From Schmidtea polychroa (lineage: Eukaryota), in assembly GCA_044892525.1 (NCBI GenBank), contig CM097885.1:37016001-37080000 (forward strand): a stretch of 64,000 bases of DNA, given 5' to 3'. This document shows positions 13,621-27,213 of this stretch, piece after piece; position 1 is the stretch's first letter; each line of letters starts with the position of its first letter. Below the pieces are notes generated by a model, which did no database searches, had not been told where the DNA came from, and worked only from the letters and a program-made list of their open reading frames with translations. The translations under genes and the position numbers were made by a program.

Positions 13621-15899
13621 ACAATCAAATTTTATCAAACAACAATCTATTCACGTTTAACGCTTGAGCCTCGGCACAGCGTTCAGAGGAATCAACGCAA
13701 CAACTTTAGAATTTTGAAGGGTCGAGAATATCTCCCCTAATGTCCTAGTGGCCTTTGTAGTAATTAAAATAACAATTTGATTTTTTTACGTATGCGCAAA
13801 GAAATGAATTTCAATACAAGATGGAAAATGAATTTCGAGAAATGCGACAGAAGTTAAACTAATTAGTGGCTAAATTTGAACCAGATGATGAAACTGAATC
13901 CCGTATGATATTTGAACAGTTTCAGAAATAGAGGAAATCTCAGTCACAAAATTAAGAAAAATTGTACAAGATGAAAATCTGGTGGCATTATTAGGTCGAG
14001 TTGAAAGATGGCTTACTAGAATGGAAACTGATAACTCCCAGTTGAAGCGATGGATCACAGAAATGAGTTTGATGTTGCTAACCCAAAGTGAACTAAAACG
14101 AGCAATAAATTTATGTGTAAAGTGGTTCACCATAAATTAAGACGAGATACTCAAACAAATTAAGAGGTTTGGCAAGACTCTACGATCGACAAGGGATCTA
14201 ACTGATATCATAGTGGAAAAGACTGGACTTGATAATGTGAAAAGCTAATTCCGTGTCAACGCCTATGGACAAATTAGAGAGCTAAAGGAGCATATAGTAC
14301 GCCAGTACAGTGGATGGCGAGTGCAAATAAAATTCGAAAATTGATGTCTGGAAGACGAGGAATACTTTGTAGATTGTGGTTTGCTAGCAGGCTGGAAAAA
14401 CAAAGAAAATCTTGTTAATGTAGTTAACACTTTGAATTCAGATAGACAGAATTGGTGCAAACTTCTAGCAGATTGACAAGACACCATATGTCGGGAATAA
14501 AGATGAAATTAACGCAGATATCGACTTCATCATGAGCAGTGAAATAGATCGAGAAATGAAGGACAAATTGTTTGAATACATTTTAGTGTATACCAATAAA
14601 CCGACAAGTTATCAGGCAAAGTTGAAAGAAGTACTCCTAAAGTTAGGGGACGATTATAGAGTGGCAGACAACAGTGCAAAGGCTTTGATAATTGCGTTCA
14701 ATATTGGAGATCAAAGAATTGAATATTATCAGGAATATTTGAGTGAAAAGCAAAAAAATACAACGGAAAGCTAAGGCAGGATGCTGGTTAGCTCAGATTT
14801 TCCCATTTCTTATATACTCTTCGAAATTGGGATGACAAATGGTTATTGCTGAGCCAATGTCTCTCCTGAAATTCGACTCCACATATCTTCTTCGGCTGTC
14901 ACCCAGAATGGTCCGACAAACAAAGATAATTAATGGCCCATCTTTTTCTTGGTCTTCTCTCATTAATCATTGTGACAAGATAATGGGCCAAAATTTTTAT
15001 TCTATTTACTTTTCTCTTTGTTTACCCAACTCGGGATTTCTTTCAACTAGCTAATTAATTAATTAATTAATTAATTAATTTCATTTTCTTGTTTTTCATC
15101 GTTTACGAACCTTTTCATACTCTTCCTAGCACTTTCTGAAAATTCCGTTATCACCTTGTTATTCCTCGCTACCCATTCCCCCCATGACCAATTTTCCAGA
15201 CTTTAATTCGAATTTATGAATCTTTTATCGATTTTCCTCAATTCACCTTTTTTATGCTTTTCCCATATACTGATGAACCTTCTCGAGACTTTCTACCCGT
15301 TTTATTTCTTTGCATTGTCACTTCTCTCCTTGACCAGTTTTGCACTTATCTAATTGCAAATATAATTTTTTTTTATTTGTAATTATATTATAACCTCAGC
15401 ATTACCAACCATGCAAGTAAAAAAATCATAGTTTTCTTTTGCTTCTTTAATTCAAAAAAAAAATGTTGACAATGACTCAAGGAAATTTCGTTATCGGTTT
15501 GTGTGGATTAAGTTAATAGAATTCAAATAACATTTAAATAAAATATTAAACTAAAAATATTAAATTGTGATGTGAAGTAATAAAAAAGTAAGAAAATATA
15601 AATGTTAATTTTTTGGTGTTGGTGATATCATAGTTGTTAGAAGAAGACATAGTTTCACAGAAATCTTTATTCACTTCAAAAATCTAAACGGAACACACAA
15701 TCGTTATACTATTTATAGTACATTGAATTGCGTAATCTACAAAAGGGAGAATTATTAGTTTAAGTGATACTGTTGACACAGAAGACAAACATACTTACTA
15801 AATTTAGTTATACAAGCATTCCCGCATCATTCAATAGATATCAAGGTCTAGTGACCTTGTTATGTAAGTAATTCGTTGGAAATTATTATATCATCTTAT

Positions 15900-16290
15900 A
15901 ATAGTTATATTACATTTTCCTTGACTATCATCAAACATTGGAAACATTAAATTTATCCATGCGATTATTAAATCTTGATTTACCCATGCTTTTTCTTATG
16001 TAACGCTATAAATATTGTTGAGCGAATAATTATTTGCAAAAGAATCTTTTCCTTTGTGGATAGCAAGAGGTACATCTTTACTTCCATTACCCCAAACTGA
16101 CACAATTACTGTTATTCGCATGGAAGGAAGGCCTGGTGATTTCAGTATTGCGTGTCTCCGTCCTTTTAAATCAACTTTATGGGTCCAATTATCTTCGAAA
16201 TAAACGGTGCACTTCAGGACTTTGGTGAGTCCAGTGATTGGAGAAAGTAATGTCCTCCATGGTCGTGGATTTGCAGATATTTCAACCACC
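15900..16290 (-). pseudogene. pogo/Tigger DDE transposase fragment
   Basis: RITVIVSVWGNGSKDVPLAIHKGK followed, out of frame, by KAWVNQDLIIAW. Confidence 0.7.
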
Positions 16291-17309
16291 CAGCAGATTT
16301 GGTTCAGCTTGAGGGCTTCTACTGAGTCAGTCTCTGACTGATTTTTCGTTTTTATATATTCAGTAGTAGAACCAGCTAGTTGAGTGACATGAAGAATATC
16401 GTACGAAATGATTTAGGTCTAACTATATCGTGTTTGACTGATGCAGTGATTTGAGAGTAAAGGAGAATGTAGGACGGAATAGTACACGGATTGGTCTTAT
16501 TCACACCGAAATTCGGTTTTAATATATTAAAATATTTGAATTCCATGCTCAACAAAAGTCGAAACGAGTTAATCAACTCAAATTAACAACCCAACAACTT
16601 TTTCTGTTGATAACAATAGACAAAATTTTATAATTTACACATTAAATCCATCAAATAATCACATCACAGATTGCCGATCGAACACCCAGTAGGGTGAGCA
16701 CAATGCGCCGGAATTGGTGAAGTTTCAATGTCATCCAACTACTAGTAGCAAGGTTTAGTATTGGGAAATTTGGTAATTCCACGTAGATGAGAAGCGGGTC
16801 ATCTAGTTCTGTCATTCATAGAATTTTGTAAACTGACTAACAACACCACAAGTGCAAAACTAGTGTATCTCAGCATGAGAAGCACCAGGTCAACGTATGA
16901 CTGATCAACCGTTATATCACTCACGATACATCACTTCAACCACGACTATCTAACACATCATGCGTGGGGTTAATAAAATGGACGACCAGTTCGATCAATT
17001 ACTGTATCCAAATTTCAACTAACTATTTCACAAACATAGAATAAATTAACCAGGGAGGGGCAAATCTTATATATTCAGCAACATTGATCATCGTGCTAAT
17101 TAAATTTGATTTATAATTGTCAAACCATATGTAAATACAACTACAAATTTGAAATTAAATGGTTTAAATTTAAAAACTTTAGTTATTGATAATATTCCGA
17201 AAATCATCACCAGGCCAGGTCGTTTAGTTTGTATTGTTTAGTCCATCTAACTAAATAGTCACTACACCTCTGAGAAGTTATTTTTGCTTTAATGATGAGA
17301 GTAGATTTG

Positions 17310-19030
17310 AGTAGAGAGAAATGTGCTCCATAAACTCTTCCCCCCGAGAAAAAAATTTGTTTTAATTTGCGATGACTCATCGATGGCTCATCAAGGTCAT
17401 TATATTTTTAGTAACAAGGTCACGTGACTCACCAAGGACATTCTATTTTAGCAACAAAGACATCTATTTTTAGTAACATTTTTGTCCGATGACTCATCAA
17501 AGTCATTCAAGGACATATGACTCATCCTTGTTTAAACAAAGACATTAATGGTAATAATAATAATAGTAATAATAATAATAGTAATAATAATAATAGACTA
17601 GGAGTATATATATTAAAAATAATAATAATGGTAATAATAATAATAAAATCTCCCGTGCGGGCGTTAATATTCCTATATATCTATATATCATTAAAAAGGT
17701 CTTGCACTAGGCTTTAAAATGAGATATCGTTTAATAAAATCGGTTGATAATAACACTAACTTTTGGCAGGTCAAAAAGTAGGGCTCCGCTAGCACAAAGA
17801 CATTATTTTTGAAAATATTAATATCCCAATCCATCTACTGTAAAATATTCCTAAAATACTACGTAATAAATGATACAAAATTAATATAATATTTTCCAAT
17901 ACTAAAATTCATGAACTAGTGAATAGTATGTAGGAATTATATACAATAATTTCATCGACAATTTATTGATTCCGAAATATATGATTTTGTTAAACATGCA
18001 TATATTATGCAATGACTTTTTATTAAACGATGGCTTATTTTAAAGCCCAGTGCAATACCTCTTTAAGGAGCTTTGTGAGCATTAGCCATAGTGGGACAAT
18101 ATATGACTTACAATATGTTATGGTCATTATTGATTAATTTGTTGTATATAGATTTGCATTGATACATTAAAATGTCAGATAATATTTTAAAAATAATAAC
18201 TAAAAAATACACAAAATAGCAACAAATGTGCATGATTAACAAAGACACTAGAAACTTGTATTGAGAACTTACATGTATGTAGTATGATATTCATTAATCA
18301 GTGTTGAACAGGCTTGACAATTGCGAATATTCTTCTCGTGACACTTAGAACAAACAATTACGTGACCACGCGGTAAAAACAAAACCGAAACTTAATTTTT
18401 TTTACAAATTGAACAAGTTAAATACCTTTTCTTAACAATGTTCAGATACATTCATAAATCAATCTACTATATTCCGGTTTCAACCTTAAATACATGCAAC
18501 TCCAAAAGTATTCATTCAGTGAATCGTTGTTTACCCCTGTTTTGTCTAAATACATTAAATAACTAAATAACTTCAAAATGCATTTATCATAATAAAATAA
18601 ATCGATCAAATATTCAATAGAGGAATGTTTGAAATTTTTTTATATATTTATGATTTCCTTAGTGTAAGTATTATGATTATTTATAAAATATTCAACTGTG
18701 TTAAATAACTCGAATTTCAATGAGCGCTTATCTTCGCAATAGGTTGGACTTAATTTTCCTTATTTCTAGTATGACCTCCTTGGTATAAATTACATATATA
18801 GAAAAAATTGATAAAATAATAAAGTTACCAAATACGGTTTGCAATTTACACAATCATATTCAAAAGTTTTACTTGTAGAAATCATCAGTAATAACTAAAT
18901 TAATTTTGTTTTTACATTTATAACAGTAGAGATAGCCAATTGAATTAGAATTTTCAAAATGTAATCAATGAGTCACTGTCTTTGTTTCAATGACCTTGAT
19001 GAGTCATATGACCTTGAATGAGTCATACTT
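17310..19030. mobile_element. Non-coding Maverick-related terminal relic
   Basis: Starts AGTAGAGAGA. Clusters of GATGACTCATC, CAAGGTCA and ACAAAGACAT are shared with the Maverick TIRs. Inverted motif pair at ~17504-17526 / ~18998-19020. Confidence 0.5.
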
Positions 19031-19165
19031 TATAAAATAAGAATTTTGAAGAAAATAATCATGAAAATATTGAAAAATATGAAAAACAATGAAAATGTTG
19101 AAAATCGTGAAAATATTGCTTAACTTGGATTACAACATTTGGATACCTTGCATAAAACCCATCGA

Positions 19166-19220
<55 letters not shown>

Positions 19221-19290
19221 TGAAAATAATAATAATATTAATAACAACTCCCCGCGCGTTAAAATAAATTTGAAAATAATACTTTGAATG

Positions 19291-19332
<42 letters not shown>

Positions 19333-19749
19333 TTTGATGAAAATGTTGAAAATTATGAAAATGTTGTAAATAATGAAAACAGCGTCAAAATGTTTATAAA
19401 ATATATTTAAGTTTTAAAATACCGCAACCATATGTATTTATTTTTAGTATATACACATGTGTTAAACAAGGCATGTGCAATACATATATAATGTGATATA
19501 GAATGTGTGTAAAATTGTAAATTATTGCTCCTTATTGACAATTTTCTGTGTACAAGAACACATACAAAAACATAGATTTTTCATAAATTTTATAAACCTT
19601 GACATTACTGGGTAAAAAGGCTATTTGGATTAAATTTATAAGTGGGGAGATTACCAAATTGATAAATTTGTTTTAAAATACAAAAAAATAAAAATTTTAA
19701 ATTCACATTGATAATATATATTAGGCCTCTATACTACCCCAGAGAGTTT

Positions 19750-20590
19750 TTGTGAATTTATATATGAAAGAAACATGGTGAAAGGATTGGTTTATCGATC
19801 ATGGTGCTTATCTTCCTCTTTTAAAAATTCAGTAAAAAGTTTAGATAAATTAGTATAATTACTGATGAAGAATGGCTACTCAAAACGGTTTTTACTGTTA
19901 ACGTTGAAATAGACTGTTGATAAATGTATGAATAATGCTAAGAATCGTAGTATGAATGAATGTAAATTGACTGATATGTCGAATGATGTAATTAATATGA
20001 ATATTGATACTAACAAACAAAATGAGCCAAAAAATCGTGCAAAGTACGTAGTATGTTTGTTACTAAATCTCAAACGCCGGTTGGATTGTGTTCGGGTCTC
20101 GTTTATCAATTCACATATAATGGGTGTAATGCCACATACATTGGACAGACTTCCCGTCATCTCTGTACTCGAGTTCAAGAACACTGTCGACCGAAGGGAG
20201 TATCCAATATTAAGGATCACAATAAAGTCTGTATGAGAGAATTAGGAATGTCTGATTTTAAAATCTTATCAAAACATTTTGATAATTGTTTTGAGCATGT
20301 GATATGTGAAGCATTATTAATAAGAAATTTTAATCCAAAAAATCAATGTGCAGAATGCAGTGAATACTTGTGTGTTGAATGTTTTTAATTAAGTTTTTGT
20401 ATGTTGATGTATATTGAATAATAGTTATGTTAAATAATTAAAAAAAATAATTATTAAAAATTTTTATTTATAATTTAAAATTTATATATTTTATAATTTG
20501 TTTATATATTATCAATATAGTATATATATTCATCCGTCCTGAATGTAGGTAACCTGATGATGATAGTGATGTTATCGAAATATATAGTGA
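19750..20590 (+). pseudogene. Penelope-like retroelement 3' fragment (GIY-YIG plus pLTR with hammerhead-like motif)
   Basis: LVYQFTYNGCNATYIGQTSRHLCTRVQEH and CEALLIRNFNPK; CTGATGA...GAAA at 20554-20580. Confidence 0.85.
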
Positions 20591-20803
20591 AAAAGATGTA
20601 CGAATGGCAAAAATAATAAAGTTAGGGATTAACACTTAAATAGCTTAATGATAATAATATTAGCAAAACTAGTTGTCAGGATAAGGTATCAATAATAACA
20701 ATAATGAAAAAATTCGATTATTAACTACACTAAGAATTTAAATTCATATCATATATTATTTAAAAATAAAATTAGGGATTACCCATTAAACAGCATAATA
20801 ATA

Positions 20804-20922
<119 letters not shown>

Positions 20923-21149
20923 ATGTGATAATATTGACATCCACCTTAATAATAATAAGAAGGACAATATTTTTGATAACATCGATCACGCTAATGATAA
21001 CGATATGGTAGCAACGATATTAACCACCCAATAATAATAATAATGATAACCATGATACACGTAAAGATGATCATAATAGTAGTGTTGATGATAATAATAA
21101 TAACGCTGTTAATAATAATAGTCAACATATCAACATAGCAATAGCAATA

Positions 21150-21880
21150 ATAACAATAGCCGGTTTCAGTTGTTTGGATGATGCAACTTTCACTTATGAC
21201 TAAATCTTGAACGTTATGGGGTCTTAGCTGCCTTCATGAAGGAAAACAATTATTCACACAATTATGTACTTCAAAAAAATACATAATATTCTAGCAGCGA
21301 ATGATTGAAGTTTTGGAAATCTATCTGGCTGTAAATAATAGTAAAACTGGTGTGTGCTGACTTCGTTATATTTGTTCTTCAACATAGCATCTGATTGAAC
21401 ATCAATCTTTGCGACAGGACAGCCAGCGAACGGTGTAGTACGTAATGGTTTCAAATTAGCTAGCTAATTCTTCTAAAAGTGATGAAAATTTCCGATGATT
21501 CAATTCACGAGTTCTAATAAAGTTCACACATTTGGTTACCAATTCAAGAACATATCCGAGTTCAAGAACTCTGTAGCAAAGAACTAACGAAAAGTGATTG
21601 CTGTTTGCTTAGCTGTGACTTGAATGACTTAATTTCTTCATCTCTATTTGCTCCTGCATATTTGTCAAATGTTTCCCAGTGCATCTTATAATGTCGCTTG
21701 AAAATGTATTTCTTGGATACTACGATATTGTTTCTGCAGATAAAACAGAGTATTGTAGAGTTCACAGCTGTACAAAAATACAGATGCTCCCACTTCTCCT
21801 GAAATACACGATGCTTATCTCTGATCTTTCTCTTTAGTTTCATATCATTTGATTTTTTTCATTTTGAGGGCTTCATTTAA
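21150..21880 (-). pseudogene. hAT (SPIN/GTF2IRD2-like) transposase, internally deleted
   Basis: KRKIRDKHRVFQEKWEHLYF...CFIC...KRHY (BED-type finger) joined to a C-terminal segment DVQSDAMLKNKY...FY..L..DRFPKL. Confidence 0.75.
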
Positions 21881-22414
21881 TATTTTTCATCAATTATTTA
21901 TGAATTATTATTCAAGAAAAATGAAATTTCTTTTTAATTTTATTTAATAAAAACCTGCTCCTAAGATTCAAGTGAGTCTTTTCGGACGAGTAATGTTATC
22001 TGTATGACCATGACTGGCTACTATTGTAATTTTCTTTCTTCTACGTCTCGGCTCAATAGAGAGCCAAAGACATTGGGACATTGGTATATCGGGTCATCAG
22101 TAGATTGTGACATCAGTATAATCGGTTCATCGGTATTTGGTAAATTTACATTTTTTTAATAAAAAATGTTGTTTCTATTCTTTAACAGTCAAGTCGATAA
22201 TTAAACAAAAACCCATCGCAAAGCAAAAAACAGATAAAAAGATTTCATTAGTTACAATTAAAAAAGGCATCACAAGGCACAATTAGTAAAATATGTTTAG
22301 GTTAGCTCAAAAAGCAAAAAACTTTTATATTTAAAAGGAAAGCATAACAAATATGGGCAAAATCGATAAAAGTACAAAATTAATTAAAACTTACTAAAAA
22401 TCAAAAATCAATAT

Positions 22415-23065
22415 TGAACCGGATATGGTGGAAAGCTAAATTGATAGAAGAGTTTAGAAATTATATTGAAAATTTAATAAGGTGCTTACATGTAAAGTTA
22501 TTGCGAAAAAACAATTTAATTAAAATTAATTAATCGGTAATAAAAGGTTTGAACCAATGGGAAGCCCGAGCCGATGAGAAACCCGATGCGCAGTGAACCC
22601 TGAGCAATTATACAAGAGAGGAAATATTTTGAGCCCTAATAAAGGGTAAACAAATTAAAACAATTAGCAAACCCTCAAATATTGACTTAGAATTCCCGGG
22701 GAAATAATTAATTGCAATTCTCGAGATAATTGGCCTCTCAGAAATAGTATGAAAAGAGAGCTCAGAAATAAGAGCTCAAAAAAGAAAAACGAAAAAAGAG
22801 AAGCTCACAAAATCAGGCAATCAGTGATCGAAAAAAGAAAACTAGTAATTCAAAAAGAGGTACGACTCGTACAAGAAAAGGTGATTGCCCCTTGGGTTTT
22901 CTACCTTATCGAGCGGAAAATTGTCTTGGGAGAAAGATGCAAATAGTGACAAATTGTAATTGTGATAATTATTGAATAAAATTATTCTGTGTTGGGTTTC
23001 GATTTATTTGGTTGAATAAAAACACGAGTCAGAGAGAGAATCGACTTAAAAATAAAAACCCAACA
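22415..23065. mobile_element. Probable solo LTR
   Basis: TG...CAACA ends flanked by direct AATAT (22410-22414, 23066-23070). Confidence 0.45.
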
Positions 23066-23759
23066 AATATTATCACCAAAACGTTTTATTAAAAAGAAAT
23101 TGTATATAATTTTTTTTAGTTTTTAATTATTATTTAGTTATTATTTTATTAATTTTCCAATTTTTATTTTTAGTATATTATTAATTTTTAAGATTATTTA
23201 ATTATTTTGTTTAACATGTGGTCCATTTTTTAATCACTTATATTCCCCGATTTTCAATTTTCCACTAATTATTATCACTTATATCCTCCCCACAATTATT
23301 TCTTTTAAAATTGTACAAAATATTTTTATTAAAGTGATAATTTTTATGAAATTTATGAATTTTATGAAATAATTTTAAATAAATGCAATTAATATATCTC
23401 CATTTTATCAATGACATTCCTCAGTATATTTTCATTTACCTCCCGTAGTACCATTAATGAACTATTCTACCACTTATTTTCACCCATTTGAATTATTAAT
23501 TTATCATATTCAATGAATAATTTCCTCACTTTAATGAAGATTCTTACCACCAGTATTACAGCCAATAGTATTGTTCATTTTATCAAAGTTTATTAATAAG
23601 TTTATGAAAAAATAATTCTCTTTTCATTTTTATCCTACAATTGCTTACCAATTGAGAATAAATTTTATTATCAAAGTTCTTTATTTGTGATAATTTGACT
23701 AACTCAATGATAAATTTGATTTAAAAAATTAATTTACTAACATATTTAAATCAAAGGAA

Positions 23760-24300
23760 CTAAAAAAGAACTAAATAGATTTTAATAGTTGAACAAGTGT
23801 TAACTGGGCGCAGTACTTCCACTTTTTAGCTATCTGCAGAACTGAAGACGGTGCATTTTCTGTGTTTTGTATTTGTACTTGTGTTTTAGATGTGACTTGA
23901 GAAGTACTAAAATATATAGACATATTTGTTCTTCCGTATCCTGGCAACAGCACGTCTGACTCTGCCAACCAAGTCACGAAATTTCTTGACTCCAATTTCC
24001 TGGATTCCAGTAGCTCCTTGAATGCGCCTTCTGTGTCTGGCAATCTTTATCCAGCCCTTCGATCAGCAACCAGATTGAAGGATGAAGACACATGAATAAT
24101 GATTGAATTTCATGATGCCAGCCTTCGACGATATTTTTGGTTCGTGCGATTCTGGCACCAGCAGACTCGTACTGATTCCATATTGGGATTGGAAATGTCG
24201 CTGAGCCATAATGGTTCCCACTGCCTCGGAGTCTTCGACCTCTAATGTAGGTGTGCTCAAAGTGTTGGGGTTCAGTAGGAACCGGAATTAAAGGCATTTG
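23760..24300 (-). pseudogene. MULE (Mutator-like) transposase C-terminal fragment
   Basis: FEHTYI...FPIPIWN...RTKNIVEGWH...HPSIW..I..L, the typical MULE catalytic-E region. Confidence 0.8.
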
Positions 24301-24539
24301 GAAAGCTTTTGAATTAAATAAAAATTAATTATTAATAGTATTAAATAAATACCAAAAATAGATTTAAAATTACTAAGTTTAGAACTTAATTATAAATAGT
24401 AATAAACAATTACTATATTTAGATTTTAAATAATAATAGTAATTTATTATATATAAATACACATATTTAGTAATTAAATAATTACTAAAAATAGATATAG
24501 TCAAGTAAAAAATAGTATAAATATAATTATAAATTTAGT

Positions 24540-25130
24540 TGTAGGGACGACAAAAATATTACGGAAATAATAAACGAATATTCTGGACGTAAGCAATTAA
24601 TAATATTTAAGGCTCACAATTAGCAACTGTAGTGAATTTGCGATTGAGCACACATCTCAGTTAGTTATAAATCATTGGAATTAGTATCGATTGGAATTAA
24701 ATTCATAGATAACCATTTTCGGGTTCATCTATATTCAGCACAGGATTATCAAATAGTTAGTTATTATTATTATTAAATATATTACTTTTTACAAATAAAG
24801 GGCACAGTCATCAGCCAATACTTTTTGTAACTGTTTTGACTGTTTAAAATAAAACTATTAACCATTTATCTGGGTTAATAGTATCGCGGTTAAATTTCGG
24901 GAATCCCTCCTCTTTATCCTTTTAACTATATCGGGTTGTTGGCGCATTTAGGGCCAGCCTTGATTCTTTGAAATAATCTTTAGGGCGGTTTGTATAACCG
25001 ATATCTGTACTTCAGCGTACAGCTAGTTATTATTTGCTTATCATTTTTGTGTTAATACATATTTCGTTTTAATAAAACTTTAATTCAATTTGGATACGCC
25101 TGTCTTGCAAGAAAATCAATAACTGTTGCA
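24540..25130 (+). mobile_element. LTR-like repeat, related to 30390-31030 and 36266-36796
   Basis: TG...CA ends; shared blocks such as AATCCCTC...CCAGCCTTGATT...GGTTTG with the 30.4-kb copy. No clean TSD. Confidence 0.45.
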
Positions 25131-27213
25131 TCTCTAGTGTTTTTAAAAAACACCAAATATTAAACATTTAAATTCTGAGTTCTAGTTCACCACCTTGATG
25201 AAAAAAATTTTGAATTATAAAAATAACAGTTACAACGTGTCTACTGATTTTGGTGAATAAATTATTAAATGAATTTGCATGCATTTTTCATTATCGGTTT
25301 TGTGTTGGTGTGTTCAATTATTTTTCTCTCACCTTCACAAAATCTATAATAAAGTTACTAAATTTCGGAACAATAAATTTCTACACACAGGTAAGTTTGT
25401 GTGTTCCTATAATATATATTTATTGATTTTTTTAGATTATAGAAGTTATTAAATTTCGGAATTAGTTGTATTTTGATTTGAATTGTTGCTTTTGTGTGTG
25501 ATTTAGTAGTATGAAAAAGAAGCGAAAAATTGATAGTGAATGCAGAAAATTCAAAGATCAGTGGAACATTCAGTATTTCGTAATTGAGTCCAGTAACAAG
25601 GCGCTATGTTTGATTTGCAATGAAAGAATAACCGTTCTCAAGGAATATAACATTAAACGTCATTATGAAACAAAACATTTTTCAAAATTACTCAAAATAT
25701 ACAGGAAGTTTGCGGACAGAAAAATTCGAAGCTATGAAGCGCGGATTGAAATCGCAGCAATCTTCATTTACAAAACTCAAAACTGAACAAGAGGCTGCTA
25801 CTCGTGCCAGCTTTCGTGTGGCTCTTGAAATTGCAAAACGTGAAAAGCCATTCACCGATGGAGAAATGATCAAAGAATGCATAATTGCAGTAGCCGAAAT
25901 GTGCCCTGAAAAGGTAAATTTATTAAAAACTGTCAGTATGTTAGCAAACACTGTGGCTCGAAGGGTAGAAAACATCGCTGAAAATATATCCTCTCATTGT
26001 TCGACAAAAATGGACATGTTGAGTGGTTTTCTTTGGTCTTGGATGAGTCAACGGATGTATCAGATACTACTCAGGTGTTGATTTATATTCGAGGAGTAGA
26101 CAAAAGCTATGAAGTGCATGAAGAACTTCTTGATATGTATAGTATTCATGGCACAACTACTGGTACAGATATTTTTAAAGAAGTTGAAATGGCCATTAAT
26201 CAAAAGAACCTTCGATGGAAAAACTTGAAATGTATTACAACTGATGGAGGCAAATACATGAGTGGGAAAGATAAAGGAGTGGTCGCTCTTGTGTCAAAGG
26301 CTGTAGAAAATGACGGTGGTTCAAAACCATTAGTCTTACATTGTATCATTCATCAACAGTCTTTGTGTGGAAAATGTTTGGATATGTCTGAAGTTCTGAA
26401 ACCAGTCATAACAACTGTTAATTTTATCAGATCTTTTGGGCTGAATCACCGACAATTCCGACAATTTATTGAAGAGATTGGAGAAAATGGCTTACCTTAT
26501 CATACTGCCGTACGTTGGCTTAGTTGTGGGAAAGTATTTCAGCGCTTTTTTGAACTTCAAGCAGTGATCGAAATTTTTTTGAATGAAAAGCATCGCCTTC
26601 TTACTGAACTACAAAACAACGCATGGCTGTGGAAGTTAGCATTCTATGTTGATTTGACAAAACATGTGAACGAACTGAATTTGAGATTGCAAGGAGAAAA
26701 CCAGCATCTCCCTTATTTATACACTAATATCAAATCATTCCGGAAGAAATTGATACTGTTTCAATCACAACTACGAAGTAAATGATTTCCAAATTTTGAG
26801 TATCAAAATTTATTTTCAAAGCACTCAAAGTTTCGATTGCAAAATCGATAGGAAACTCAGTCTCAGTGTTGTGGCTGAATATTTCACATGTTTTAAAGTT
26901 TCTCGGACTTTGATCCCATTGCGAATCAAATTAAGATTTTTCAGAATCCTTTTGATACTGACATTGAAACCCTAGCCCCGGAACTTCAAATGGAAATGAT
27001 TGATCTACAGTGCAGTGATATAATTAAGAACAAATATCAAAACTCATCTTTATTGGAATTTTATAAAAGTCTTCCACTGACACAATTTGATAATTTGCAT
27101 AAATTTGCTCGTGGGCTTTTTTCTGTTTTTGTACTACTTATTTGTTTGAGAATACCTTCTCCAAAATGAAGTACACAAAAAATGTTTACAGATCTAAATT
27201 AACTGATGAGCAT

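Noticed and set aside
17690..18066. ~50-bp imperfect inverted repeats (17690-17739 / 18017-18066)
   Set aside because: Real but diverged, with no TSD or defined termini; probably internal repeats of an unclassified MITE.
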